A DNA stretch of 64,000 bases from Thecamonas trahens ATCC 50062. Lineage: Eukaryota; Protista; Apusomonadida. Numbering within the stretch: the first letter of the stretch is position 1; each line of letters opens with the position of its first letter. The position numbers and the translations under genes were made by a program. The DNA is taken from positions 107,154 through 171,153 of the forward strand of contig NW_013657633.1 in the NCBI RefSeq assembly GCF_000142905.1. The letters run 5' to 3'. Of this stretch, positions 24,884 through 33,995 are shown in pieces. The notes below the pieces were generated by a model. It did no database searches. It had not been told where the DNA came from and saw only the letters and a list, made by a program, of their open reading frames with translations.

Positions 24884-27800
24884 GAGTCACGCTCTTGGTC
24901 ACGTTGTTGGTCTTGTAGACGCCAACGAGGCGGTCGGCGAGTTCAAACATGTTGTTGCGGAGCGAGATGACGATAAACTGGGCGTCCTTGGTCCGGTCCT
25001 TGATGTAGTTGGCGACAATGGAGACGTTGCGGAAGTCGAGGGCGGCGTCGATCTCGTCCATGACGTACAGTGGCGTCGGCTTGTAGTGGTGGAGGGCAAA
25101 GACAAGGGCGAGCGAGGAGAGAGTCTTCTCTCCGCCAGAGAGGTTGGAGATGTTCTTCCAGCTCTTCTTGGGCGGACGGACCGAGAAGACGATGCCCTCG
25201 GAGAACGGGTCCAACGAGTCGACTAGCTCGAGCTCGGCGTCGCCGCCCATGGTAATCATCTGGTACATCTCCTTGAGCTTGAGGGTGATAGTGGAGAAGC
25301 CAGCCATGAACTTGTCGAGCCGCTGCTTGCGAAGCGAGTCGAAGACGTCGCGGGCGGCGTCGCGCTTCTCGGTGATCTCGTCGAGCGCGGTCACCTTGGT
25401 CAAGTACTCCTCTTCTTTCTCACGGTACATCTGGATGGCGCGGAGGTTGGGTGACATCTCCTTGATGGCTTCCTCAAGGAGTCCAATTTCGGCCTCGAGC
25501 TCGGCCTTGTCAACCTTGGCCAGCTTCTTGGCTGAGAGCTCGCGGAGGACGCCAGAGGCAGGTGCGGCGCCAGAGGCGTCGTCGCCACTCTCATCGCCGG
25601 CGTCGTCATTGTTCGCTTCCGCCTCGTTGTCGCTCTCATCGTCGTCCGACGCAAGGTCCATGCCGGCGCCGGTCTTGTTCTGGAGCTCGGCGAGTTGAGT
25701 CGGCGAGGAGATGAGGCCGAGCGATGAGGCGTACTGGGCCTGGACTGCCTCCATCTTTGTGGACCAGTCGGCGATGCGGCGGTCGTAGTCTGCGATGGTA
25801 CGGGCGAGTTCGTCGCGGCGGTCGGTGATGTCGACTTCCTGAGCCTGCAATGCGTTGTACGTCTTTTTCTGGTCGTCGTAGACGTTCTTGAGGCCTGCCA
25901 GCTCCTCCTCCTTCTCCTCCATCAACAGCTGGGTCTGCTTGTACGACTCGAGGACGGCGACGGCCTCGGTCTCGAGCGTGGCAAACTCAGCCTCCATGGT
26001 GGCGAGCGAGGCGGCGAGGTCAGCCGACTCGGTCTCGAGGCCGGCGAGGGCGGCCTCAGCCTTGGCCAGTGCCTTGGTTGCCGACTTGATGGCGACCTTG
26101 GCCTTGGTCGCTGCCGACGCGGCGAGGTCTGCCTGCTGCTGGGCCGAGTCACGGGCCGACTGCGCCTTACGCAGCTCCATGCCACCAGCCTCGAGAATTT
26201 TCTCCTGCAGGATCTTGATCTCGGCATCGAAAGCGTCAAGGACGAGCTTGGTCTCGTCGAGAGCGGCCTGCTCGGTCGCCATGGTCGCCTCCAGCGCTGC
26301 GAGTTGGGTCTTCTCTTCGGGTGTGAGCGCTGCGGCGGCGGTGTGGGCTTCGATTTGAGCCTTGAGGACCGGCTCGGCAGCAGTCGACGCGGCGAGATCC
26401 ATCTCGAGCTTGGAGATGGAGGTCTCGAGGGTGGAGACCTTGGTGGCGACCTTGTACGAGCGACGCTTGAGCGACTCCATCTCGGCGCGGAGGGCGGCGA
26501 GCTGTGAGGACTTGGTCTTGAGCTCGGCCTCGGCAGCGGCAACGTCGGCGGCGGAGACGACCGAAGCAGCAGCAGCAGCAGCGGCAGCGGCTGACGCCGA
26601 CGACGCCGTCGCCGAGGTGAGCATGGCGCCCGAAGACGCACGCGAGCCACCGCCGGACATGGTACCCGAGGTGTCAATGAGCTGGCCGTCGAGGGTGACA
26701 ACCCGGAAGCGACGATCGCCGGCAAAGGCGACAGATGTGGCGGCGTCGAGCGAGTCAGCAACCAGGGTGTTCTTGGTGGCGTAGAAGAAAGCCGGCGCCA
26801 CCTCGGGACTCGACGGCGTGATGAGGTCAAAGAGGCGCGGTGCCGGAAACGACGCCGCCGCTGACGCCATGTACTTGGCCAGGTAGCCGAGCTCGGAGAG
26901 GATGATAAAGGTGGCGCGGCCGAGGTTGTGCTTGCGGAGGTAGGCGACGGCCTTGGCTCCGGTTTCGGGCGTGTCAACAACAATGTTGTTGAGCGCCGGC
27001 GCGGCGGTCGAGACGGCGACGTCGTAGGCCTCGTCAATGACGCCGAGGTCCCCAAGCCGGCCGAGCACGCCCGGAAGCTTGCCGGCGGCCTTGAGCGCAA
27101 GGAGCTCGTCGAGCACGGCCGAGCGTGAGTTGGCGGCCTGAAGCGAAGACCGCGACTCCTCGAGCGTCGAGCGGAGGGCGGCGACGTCCTTCGCCAGCTC
27201 GGCCTCCATGGCTCCGGCCTGGGCGAGGTCGTTGGCAATCTGCGTCGCCTCAGCAGACGCCTCGGCAAGCTTGGCCTGGAGCGCAGCAAGCTTTTCGGCC
27301 TTGGCGTCGGCGGTCGAGGCGTAGCTCTCGAGCTCAGCAGTGGCCTTGGCGAGGGCGGCGGCAGCCTTGGCAACACGGTCGTTGATGAGCGCAGCCTGCG
27401 AGGCTGCGAGGTCGAGAGCAGCCTTGTGCTGGGCCGAGGCCTCGACATGCGGCATGGCCGCCTTCTGCGCTTCTTCGATCTCGGCCTGGAACTCGGCCGT
27501 GACCGAGGCGAGCTGAGCGTTGAGCTCCTCGAGCGCCTCGCTGTGCTTGGCGGCGGCCGCGGTGTGAGTCTCGAGGGCGGCCGCAGCATCGGCGGCATCG
27601 GTCTCGGCACGGGCCAGGTTTGCCTTGCACTGCTCGACCTTGGCAGCAGCAGTGACGCCGGCCTTGGCGTTCTTCTTGATCTTGGTCTTGCAGTGCTTGA
27701 CGTCCTCGCGGAACTTGACGTCCTTGCGCTCGTAGGCCTCAAACTCGCGCTTGGCCGCGTCAAGCGCAGACTCGACGTCCTTGTGCTCGGTCTGGATGCG

Positions 27801-28706
27801 CGAGAACTGGGCCTCGGTAGCGGCAAGTGCCGTCGTCGTGCTGCTCAGCGCCTTTTGCAGCGTGGCGTACTCGCCGTCGACCACGGTGGCCTTTTCGCGG
27901 AGCGCCTCGGCCTGAACCGCGGTCTGGGCCCGGTTGAGCTGGTAGAGATGGAACCGATGGGTGCAGAGCTCGAGCTCTTTGGCCATGTACGCCTCGGCCT
28001 CGAGCTTGGATGACTCGAGAGCGAGGCGCTCCTTCTCGACAACTTTGACGCGGTGGAGGTGCGAGGTCCGCTCCTCGTTGAGCTCCTCCGTCGCCTTGCC
28101 GGCAGCGTTGATGTCCTCCACAAACGTGTTCGAGCCGATGATGTCCTCGAGGAACTCGAGGAGGCCCGAATCGTTGTCGCCGGTGCCCTTGGGCTTCATC
28201 ATGGCAATCTGCTCGATCTCGCCCTGCAGCACCATGGACCGGTTGTGGTCGAGATCGATGCCGCGCTCGCGAAGGAGCGCAGTGACCTCCGAGTATGACG
28301 ACGACTTGTCGTTGAGAAAGTACTTTGAGCCGTTGGTGGCATACGCCACTCGGGTAACGACAACCTGTGAGCCGTCCACCACGGTGTAGTCCTCATCGCC
28401 CGGCCCGGTGTCGACAATGTCCTGAAAGTAGACCGAGACCTTGGCGTACTCGCACGCCGGGTAGTTCTCCGACTTGTGGATGAGCTCCGAGACCTTCTTC
28501 AGCCGCATCCGGCTCGCACGCTTGCCCATCACAAACTGCATGGCATCGATGACGTTGGACTTGCCCGACCCGTTCGGGCCCACCACCGAGGAAAACCGCT
28601 TGTGAAAGGGTCCGATCGTCCGCTCTCCGCCGTACGACTTGAAGTTCTCCAGCACCATCTGGGCAATCATCAGCCGGCCCCTGCGCTCGCCACCGGCCAC
28701 CTCCAT
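24840..28706 (-). CDS. SMC4: Condensin subunit SMC4
   Basis: MVLENFKSY...GPFHKRFSSVVGPNGSGKSNVIDAM; hinge GVLGRLGDLG...GRATFI and VTLDGQLIDTSGTMSGGG; C-terminal FSVRPPKKSWKNISNLSGGEKTLSSLALVFALHHYKPTPLYVMDEIDAALD. ATG at 28706 follows a C/A-rich leader. Confidence 0.96.
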   Translation of the reverse strand: MEVAGGERRGRLMIAQMVLENFKSYGGERTIGPFHKRFSSVVGPNGSGKSNVIDAMQFVMGKRASRMRLKKVSELIHKSENYPACEYAKVSVYFQDIVDTGPGDEDYTVVDGSQVVVTRVAYATNGSKYFLNDKSSSYSEVTALLRERGIDLDHNRSMVLQGEIEQIAMMKPKGTGDNDSGLLEFLEDIIGSNTFVEDINAAGKATEELNEERTSHLHRVKVVEKERLALESSKLEAEAYMAKELELCTHRFHLYQLNRAQTAVQAEALREKATVVDGEYATLQKALSSTTTALAATEAQFSRIQTEHKDVESALDAAKREFEAYERKDVKFREDVKHCKTKIKKNAKAGVTAAAKVEQCKANLARAETDAADAAAALETHTAAAAKHSEALEELNAQLASVTAEFQAEIEEAQKAAMPHVEASAQHKAALDLAASQAALINDRVAKAAAALAKATAELESYASTADAKAEKLAALQAKLAEASAEATQIANDLAQAGAMEAELAKDVAALRSTLEESRSSLQAANSRSAVLDELLALKAAGKLPGVLGRLGDLGVIDEAYDVAVSTAAPALNNIVVDTPETGAKAVAYLRKHNLGRATFIILSELGYLAKYMASAAASFPAPRLFDLITPSSPEVAPAFFYATKNTLVADSLDAATSVAFAGDRRFRVVTLDGQLIDTSGTMSGGGSRASSGAMLTSATASSASAAAAAAAAASVVSAADVAAAEAELKTKSSQLAALRAEMESLKRRSYKVATKVSTLETSISKLEMDLAASTAAEPVLKAQIEAHTAAAALTPEEKTQLAALEATMATEQAALDETKLVLDAFDAEIKILQEKILEAGGMELRKAQSARDSAQQQADLAASAATKAKVAIKSATKALAKAEAALAGLETESADLAASLATMEAEFATLETEAVAVLESYKQTQLLMEEKEEELAGLKNVYDDQKKTYNALQAQEVDITDRRDELARTIADYDRRIADWSTKMEAVQAQYASSLGLISSPTQLAELQNKTGAGMDLASDDDESDNEAEANNDDAGDESGDDASGAAPASGVLRELSAKKLAKVDKAELEAEIGLLEEAIKEMSPNLRAIQMYREKEEEYLTKVTALDEITEKRDAARDVFDSLRKQRLDKFMAGFSTITLKLKEMYQMITMGGDAELELVDSLDPFSEGIVFSVRPPKKSWKNISNLSGGEKTLSSLALVFALHHYKPTPLYVMDEIDAALDFRNVSIVANYIKDRTKDAQFIVISLRNNMFELADRLVGVYKTNNVTKSVTLNPRAVALGLGERK

Positions 28707-28740
28707 CCCGGACGTACTTGCCACTGCATAGATATGGAGA

Positions 28741-28743
<3 letters not shown>

Positions 28744-28772
<29 letters not shown>
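28744..28772 (+). repeat. (GT)n microsatellite just upstream of SMC4
   Basis: read directly. Confidence 0.95.
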
Positions 28773-28775
<3 letters not shown>

Positions 28776-29299
28776 TATGCGTTGGGGGATGGTTGGGGGA
28801 AGGGGGGGGAGGGGGAGGGTATGGAAGGTCTTTGACGATTTGCGCGCCAAAACTTTGGCCACCTGCCTGGTGGTGGTGGGAGGGGAAAGGGGATGAAATA
28901 TGGATGGGAGGTGGGGGTGGGGATGGTAGGGGATGGGGATGGGGGTGGGGGATGGAGTGGATGGGGGGTGAAGGAGGCGTACTCTGTTGTTGGGTACAGA
29001 AGGTGGGACGAGTGTGCGTGCGTGTGGGTGGTGGGTGGTGGGTGGTGGGCGGTGGGTGGTGGGTGGTGGTGGGTGGTGGGTGGTGGACGGATTGGGAGGG
29101 GAGGTGATGTATTTGTAGTTTACGAGGCCCAGACGGAGAAAGGGGTTAGGCTTGGGTTGGTTTGGGGGTCTCGGGTGAGGGCGCAGGGTGTAGGTTAGTG
29201 GATGCAGGAGCTGGTGGCCACAGGCACGGCCACAGATGCAGGCAAAGGCAGCGGCGCGCGCGATGGATAGGGGGGGTGGGGGAACGAGGCGGCGACCAG

Positions 29300-29800
29300 C
29301 TAGATGACACCAAGGAAGTCCTCCGAGATGGTGCCGATGCAAAAGATGTCGTTGGCGTGCTCATTGACGGCCTGGATCTTGATGCGGACCTCTGAGTCGA
29401 CCTTGATCACATGCCGCGAGTCGGGCGAGGTCCAGCACTGCGGAGCAGCGTCGGCATCAAAGGAAAAGTCGCCGAGGCGCTGGTGCGGGACAAAGACGTT
29501 GAGCGGTCCGACGGTGCAGGAGAAACCGATTTCCGAGACCGAGACAACCTCTGCATCGAGGACCTCGCCAGTAAACGGCTTGAAGACAATGGCCTTGTAG
29601 CGGACGTCAAAGACCACGTCTCCGATGTTCTCCTCAATCCGGCCCTTGCCCATAGACACGATCTCGGTCACCGTGATGACGTAGCCGAACCGCCCGGTGC
29701 AGGTCCCCTCAACCTTGGCATGCAGCGCCTCCTTGAGCCGCTCCTGCAGCTTCGGCCCAAAGTACTTGGGCGGCAAGTACACTGCTTGTGACCTCTCGAT
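29300..29800 (-). CDS. RPB7: RNA polymerase II subunit RPB7, main exon; short first exon not found, probably in the N gap
   Basis: CAG acceptor at 29801, then IERSQAVYLPPKYFGP...VEGTCTGRFGYVITV...YKAIVFKPFTGEVLDA...IFCIGTISEDFLGVI. Confidence 0.94.
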   Translation of the reverse strand: MERSQAVYLPPKYFGPKLQERLKEALHAKVEGTCTGRFGYVITVTEIVSMGKGRIEENIGDVVFDVRYKAIVFKPFTGEVLDAEVVSVSEIGFSCTVGPLNVFVPHQRLGDFSFDADAAPQCWTSPDSRHVIKVDSEVRIKIQAVNEHANDIFCIGTISEDFLGVI

Positions 29801-30394
29801 CTGGTTTCGGGGGGGGGTGGAGGGGGAAAGAGACAGTTAGGGGGAAGAGGTGGGTAGGGGTAGGGGAGAAGAAGGGAGGGAGGGAGGGGAGNNNNNNNNN
29901 NNNNNNNNNNNNNNNNNNNNNNNNNNNNNNNNNNNNNNNNNNNNNNNNNNNNNNNNNNNNNNNNNNNNNNNNNNNNNNNNNNNNNNNNNNNACGAACGAA
30001 CGAGGTGGCTGGGGGGGGGGGGCACCACATCATCCAGCATGTATCACGCACCATACATCGCCACAGTACAGTCCAGACACACCCTCTCCATTCATGGTAC
30101 CAGGTACCACTCTCTTCTCGCCATCGCTCTCACCATCCCTCCATCACTTCCAGCCCACTGGCCCCATCGCCAGCTGCCTAAACAACTACCATCGAGAGAC
30201 AATCGGCCGAACACGGGCGAGGCCTCTGCGCACGACCGCCTGTCCACCCCCCCCCCCGCCTCCCCCGCTTCCATACACATACACATACCCACACATCTCA
30301 CCACACCGCCACACCGTCCACCAGCAACACTATCAATCAAGTCTACCATTATACACACACTCACCGCCACCTTTTGAAGCATACGGTGGAGGGC

Positions 30395-31999
30395 ATGAGT
30401 CAGGAGAGCAAAGCCGTGGGCGACGGACCCCTCCCGGGCTCTGTCGGAGGTCATGGTGGTCCGACCGACCTGGGTGCGGACGAGGGCTATGACGGAAGTG
30501 CAGAGGCTGGAGCAGGAGAGGTGCAAGTCATGGACAGCTCGCATACGCCTGCCCATGATGCTTCCTCATACCAGCACAACAGCCAGAATGGTCAGAGTGG
30601 TCAGGCTGGCGGTGGTGGCGGCGGCGACCCTGTCGGGTCGGCTCTCGCTCAGCATGGTCAGGGGCAAAGGCAGAGTCCGGCTACAGAGGTGGAAGGTGGG
30701 AATGCTGCAGGGGTAGAAGTGGTTGCTGGCGAGGCTGGTCCGGGGAGTGACGGTGTGGCAGTCGTGCCCGCAGGCGAGGTTGCAGACCGAGGCGGAGAGG
30801 CCGAGGTCGCTCCGGCTCCGGCCGCATCCGAGCCGGCCTCGTTTGGTGAGCTGCTCGCAAGGACCGGCCCGGTGGAGGCACTCGGTGAGATCTGGGTTCA
30901 AGTCTTCGAGTACTTGCCGACGTCGGACCTGCGGTCGCTGCCGCTGGTGTGCAAGCGATTTGCCGAGATGATGCGGAATTACTCGAACCAGCTCTGGCGG
31001 GCGGTGCTGCAGCGGCAGCCGTGGCGGGAGACGCTGCCGCGCAAGTCGTCGCGCAACCTGCGCGAGTTCTACAAGTTCAAGACGCTGGAGACGACGCGAA
31101 ACTGGCGCGAGGGCCGGTGCGTGTTTACCTGCCTCTGGGGCCACACTGACTACGTCTGCTGCCTCAACTTTGACGACAAGGTCCTTGCCTCTGGCTCGAT
31201 GGACACCCAGATCCGGATTTGGGACATTCATGGCGACCGGTCGTGCGTGGCGGTGCTAGAGGGCCACGAGGGGACGGTCCACCAGGTCCGGCTGCAAAAG
31301 GACGGCACACTGGCTAGCTGCTCGGGCGACCGCACTGTCCGGGTTTGGGACCTCAACACGCAACAACAGGTTCTCTCGCACACGCTCATGTCGTCCAACT
31401 CGGGCACCTGCCCGGTGTACGACCTCAAGTCGAACGGGTGGGGCGAGCTTGTGGTGGCGTGCCACGACGGCTCGTTCCGCTTCCTCGACACCCGCGTCCC
31501 GGGTCTCGAGGTCTCGCGAGTCCTCGAGCACACAGGCTCGGTGCTCTGTCTCGAGTGGGACCGCGACCGGTACGTTGTGACCGGCGGGACAGACAAGATC
31601 TGCCGGACCTTTGACCGGCGGATGAACGCCTCGCTCTGCACCTTTGCCAAGCACCGCCGCGCCTGCACCACCATTGCCTGGGACGGACCAGGCTCCAACG
31701 TCATCTCGGGCTCGTTCGACCGCACCGTCCGCCTCTGGTCGTGGTCGACCGGCAAGGGCATCAAGAAGCTGACCGGTCACACAGAGTCGATTTCCTGCGT
31801 CCAGGTCCATCGCAAGCGCATGGTCACCGGCTCCAACGACCGCACCCTTCGTCTCTGGTCGCTCAAGTCCAATCGCTGCATCCAGACCTTTGGTGGCTTC
31901 TCCGGCGACGTCTTCTCGCTCCAGTTCTCCCAGTCGCTCATGGTCAACGGCTCCTGTCGCACCATCAACGTCTGGGACTTTGAGGCTCTCGAGCGGTAG
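30395..31999 (+). CDS. F-box/WD40-repeat protein (FBXW7/beta-TrCP-like SCF adaptor)
   Basis: F-box LGEIWVQVFEYLPTSDLRSLPLVCKRF, then ~7 WD repeats (GHTDYVCCL...SGSMDTQIRIWD; GHEGTV...SGDRTVRVWD etc.). Confidence 0.92.
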   Translation: MSQESKAVGDGPLPGSVGGHGGPTDLGADEGYDGSAEAGAGEVQVMDSSHTPAHDASSYQHNSQNGQSGQAGGGGGGDPVGSALAQHGQGQRQSPATEVEGGNAAGVEVVAGEAGPGSDGVAVVPAGEVADRGGEAEVAPAPAASEPASFGELLARTGPVEALGEIWVQVFEYLPTSDLRSLPLVCKRFAEMMRNYSNQLWRAVLQRQPWRETLPRKSSRNLREFYKFKTLETTRNWREGRCVFTCLWGHTDYVCCLNFDDKVLASGSMDTQIRIWDIHGDRSCVAVLEGHEGTVHQVRLQKDGTLASCSGDRTVRVWDLNTQQQVLSHTLMSSNSGTCPVYDLKSNGWGELVVACHDGSFRFLDTRVPGLEVSRVLEHTGSVLCLEWDRDRYVVTGGTDKICRTFDRRMNASLCTFAKHRRACTTIAWDGPGSNVISGSFDRTVRLWSWSTGKGIKKLTGHTESISCVQVHRKRMVTGSNDRTLRLWSLKSNRCIQTFGGFSGDVFSLQFSQSLMVNGSCRTINVWDFEALER

Positions 32000-32429
32000 C
32001 TCCAGCGCTCCAGCAAAGCTGCGACCAGCGCCCATCGTCGCGGTCGACGCCCGTCATCGCAGTCAACTGCCGGTCATCGCGGCCGGCGCCCACCATTGCG
32101 GTCGATGTCCATCATCGCGGCCAGTGGTCAACCTGATTGAACTGCTTGTTACCCTTGCCCTTTCTCTCTGCCCTCCTGCCGCGCCGTCCAGGTCGCGCTG
32201 TCGGGCTCGCGCAGGATAGGGTCGCCTTCCGCGAGCAGACGACTCATTCTCGGCCTCTCCCCCGCACACACACCGGCCGCACTGACGACAACCACAGCCA
32301 CCACCGCAGCCACAAGCACGACCACAACTCCCGCACCACTTTTCTCTCCAGCCCATCCCCTCCCGCCACCGCCACCCTTGGCCAACCCATACACACCCGG
32401 CATACCCCTCACAGACAGACACACTCGGA

Positions 32430-33995
32430 ATGGTCGGCGTGCGACGGGCGGTGTCCGGGCGGACGACGGCGACGGGCAAGTCGACTAGCCGTACCAGGAG
32501 CAGCGCTGGAGCCAGAAGCAGAGGCCGGACAAGCGGGGAGGTGGTGGACGGAAGGAATGGCGTCGGGAAGACGGAGGACGGAAGGAATGGTGCCGGACGG
32601 CAGAGAGACCGAGGCGGTGGACAGCGATGGAAGGTGGCCATGGGCGGCAGGGGCGGGCCTGGTCCTGATCCTGGAGGCGGTGGATGCCTGCAGATGCGGC
32701 TGCCTGGAGAGATGCTGCAGCTGCTGGCAAAGGGCGCTTCCGTCTCTTTTTCGGGCACAGACAGCGCCACTCTCCGCATGGGCAACCACACCTCGCAGTG
32801 CAAGATCGTCGACAACTCGGCCCGTGTCGAGGCGTACGTGCCCGTCGTTGGTGAGCCGTTCTCCCTCGCCCTCCTCGGCCGTGTCGGCTACACCATGTCG
32901 CGGATGACCACCTCGCTCTCGGTCGCACAATCGCGCAAGTACAAGGCCGCCACGGTCGCCGCTTCCAAGAGCGCCTCAACCTCAAAGGCTGCCACTCTCT
33001 CGGTGGCAGAAACCGAGGCGTCCGGCACCCGAAAGCGCCGGAGGAGCACGAATGCAGCCAAGACAGACTCGATTCGCAAGCGCGGTAGTCGCTCGGCCGT
33101 GGCTGTAGAACGCGCGGCGCTCGCCGCCCGGTATGGCGGTCGCGCCGCCAAGCGTGCGCGCGGGCTCTCGGGCCGCACCACCGGGCTCGCCGGCACCCGC
33201 CCACACCTTCGCGAAGAGGTCATCCGCTTGCTAATGGCCAAGCCGATGACGCTTTCCAAGCTCAAGTCGCAGCTGGACGTGACGCCAACGCAGGCCAAGG
33301 TCCTTGTCTCCATCCTAAGCGAGATTGCGTCGCCGCATCCCAAGTCGCCCTCACACTATGTGCTCTCATCAAGCGTCGGCACCGCCGCAGGCGGACCGGT
33401 CGACGTCGACGCCATTGTCGACGCCAATAATCGCTCGCCGTCGCGGGCTGCCGCTGGCATCCGCCCGGTCCTCCCGTCGACTCGCCGGACAACGCTCTCG
33501 CCAGTGCCTTCGGCGTCGAACCCGCCGCCGCTCCTCACTCCCACCGCGCACGCCGCCCGCTCGCTCGCCTTTGTCTCGCGCATCGACGAGCTTGCCTCCA
33601 AGCTCGGCATCACCGTCGCCCCGTTTCCCTCGGCACAGACCATGCTGGTGCTGGGCAAGCTACCGCCGGCCGACGCCATCGCCGCCGACGAGCAGCAGTA
33701 CCCGCCCATCACCGACCGGCCGCAGTATCGCCGCTACAAGAATCTGTTCAACGAGCTCTACGCCAAGTATCGCGCCATCGACGCGGACCTTTCTGCCAAC
33801 ACCGCCCTCTTTAAGAGCCTCGGCGAGCGCGTCGATGAGCCCGAGGCCATCGAGCTCATCCAGGAGCTCGCCAACGTCCGTACAGACGTCCGCAAGTCGC
33901 TCTACGCCTACTTTGGCCGCCTCCAGCGCGAGCTCGAGGCCATCAAGGCCCACGTCGTTGCCTACGTCGATGGCGAGGCCAAGCTCGCCTCCTAG
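32430..33995 (+). CDS. ELL: ELL-family Pol II elongation factor (winged-helix region plus occludin/ELL C-terminal domain)
   Basis: LREEVIRLLMAKPMTLSKL resembles the ELL central motif. YPPITDRPQYRRYKNLFNELYAKYR...LEAIKAHVVAYVD is an occludin_ELL domain. Start uncertain: a G-rich in-frame intron 32433-32693 (GT...CAG) is possible. Confidence 0.75.
   Translation: MVGVRRAVSGRTTATGKSTSRTRSSAGARSRGRTSGEVVDGRNGVGKTEDGRNGAGRQRDRGGGQRWKVAMGGRGGPGPDPGGGGCLQMRLPGEMLQLLAKGASVSFSGTDSATLRMGNHTSQCKIVDNSARVEAYVPVVGEPFSLALLGRVGYTMSRMTTSLSVAQSRKYKAATVAASKSASTSKAATLSVAETEASGTRKRRRSTNAAKTDSIRKRGSRSAVAVERAALAARYGGRAAKRARGLSGRTTGLAGTRPHLREEVIRLLMAKPMTLSKLKSQLDVTPTQAKVLVSILSEIASPHPKSPSHYVLSSSVGTAAGGPVDVDAIVDANNRSPSRAAAGIRPVLPSTRRTTLSPVPSASNPPPLLTPTAHAARSLAFVSRIDELASKLGITVAPFPSAQTMLVLGKLPPADAIAADEQQYPPITDRPQYRRYKNLFNELYAKYRAIDADLSANTALFKSLGERVDEPEAIELIQELANVRTDVRKSLYAYFGRLQRELEAIKAHVVAYVDGEAKLAS

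Noticed and set aside
25922-27826. Long alternative-frame and antisense ORFs over SMC4, dynein and other genes
   Set aside because: These are the shadow ORFs expected from high GC3 codon bias; the products are Arg/Ser/Pro-rich with no motifs.
28707-29342. 212-aa N-terminal extension of SMC4 in the ORF track; similar extensions at 38411, 42168, 49032, 49139 and 58316
   Set aside because: These are C/A-rich leaders translating to Pro/His/Thr runs. They stay open only because the composition lacks stop codons.
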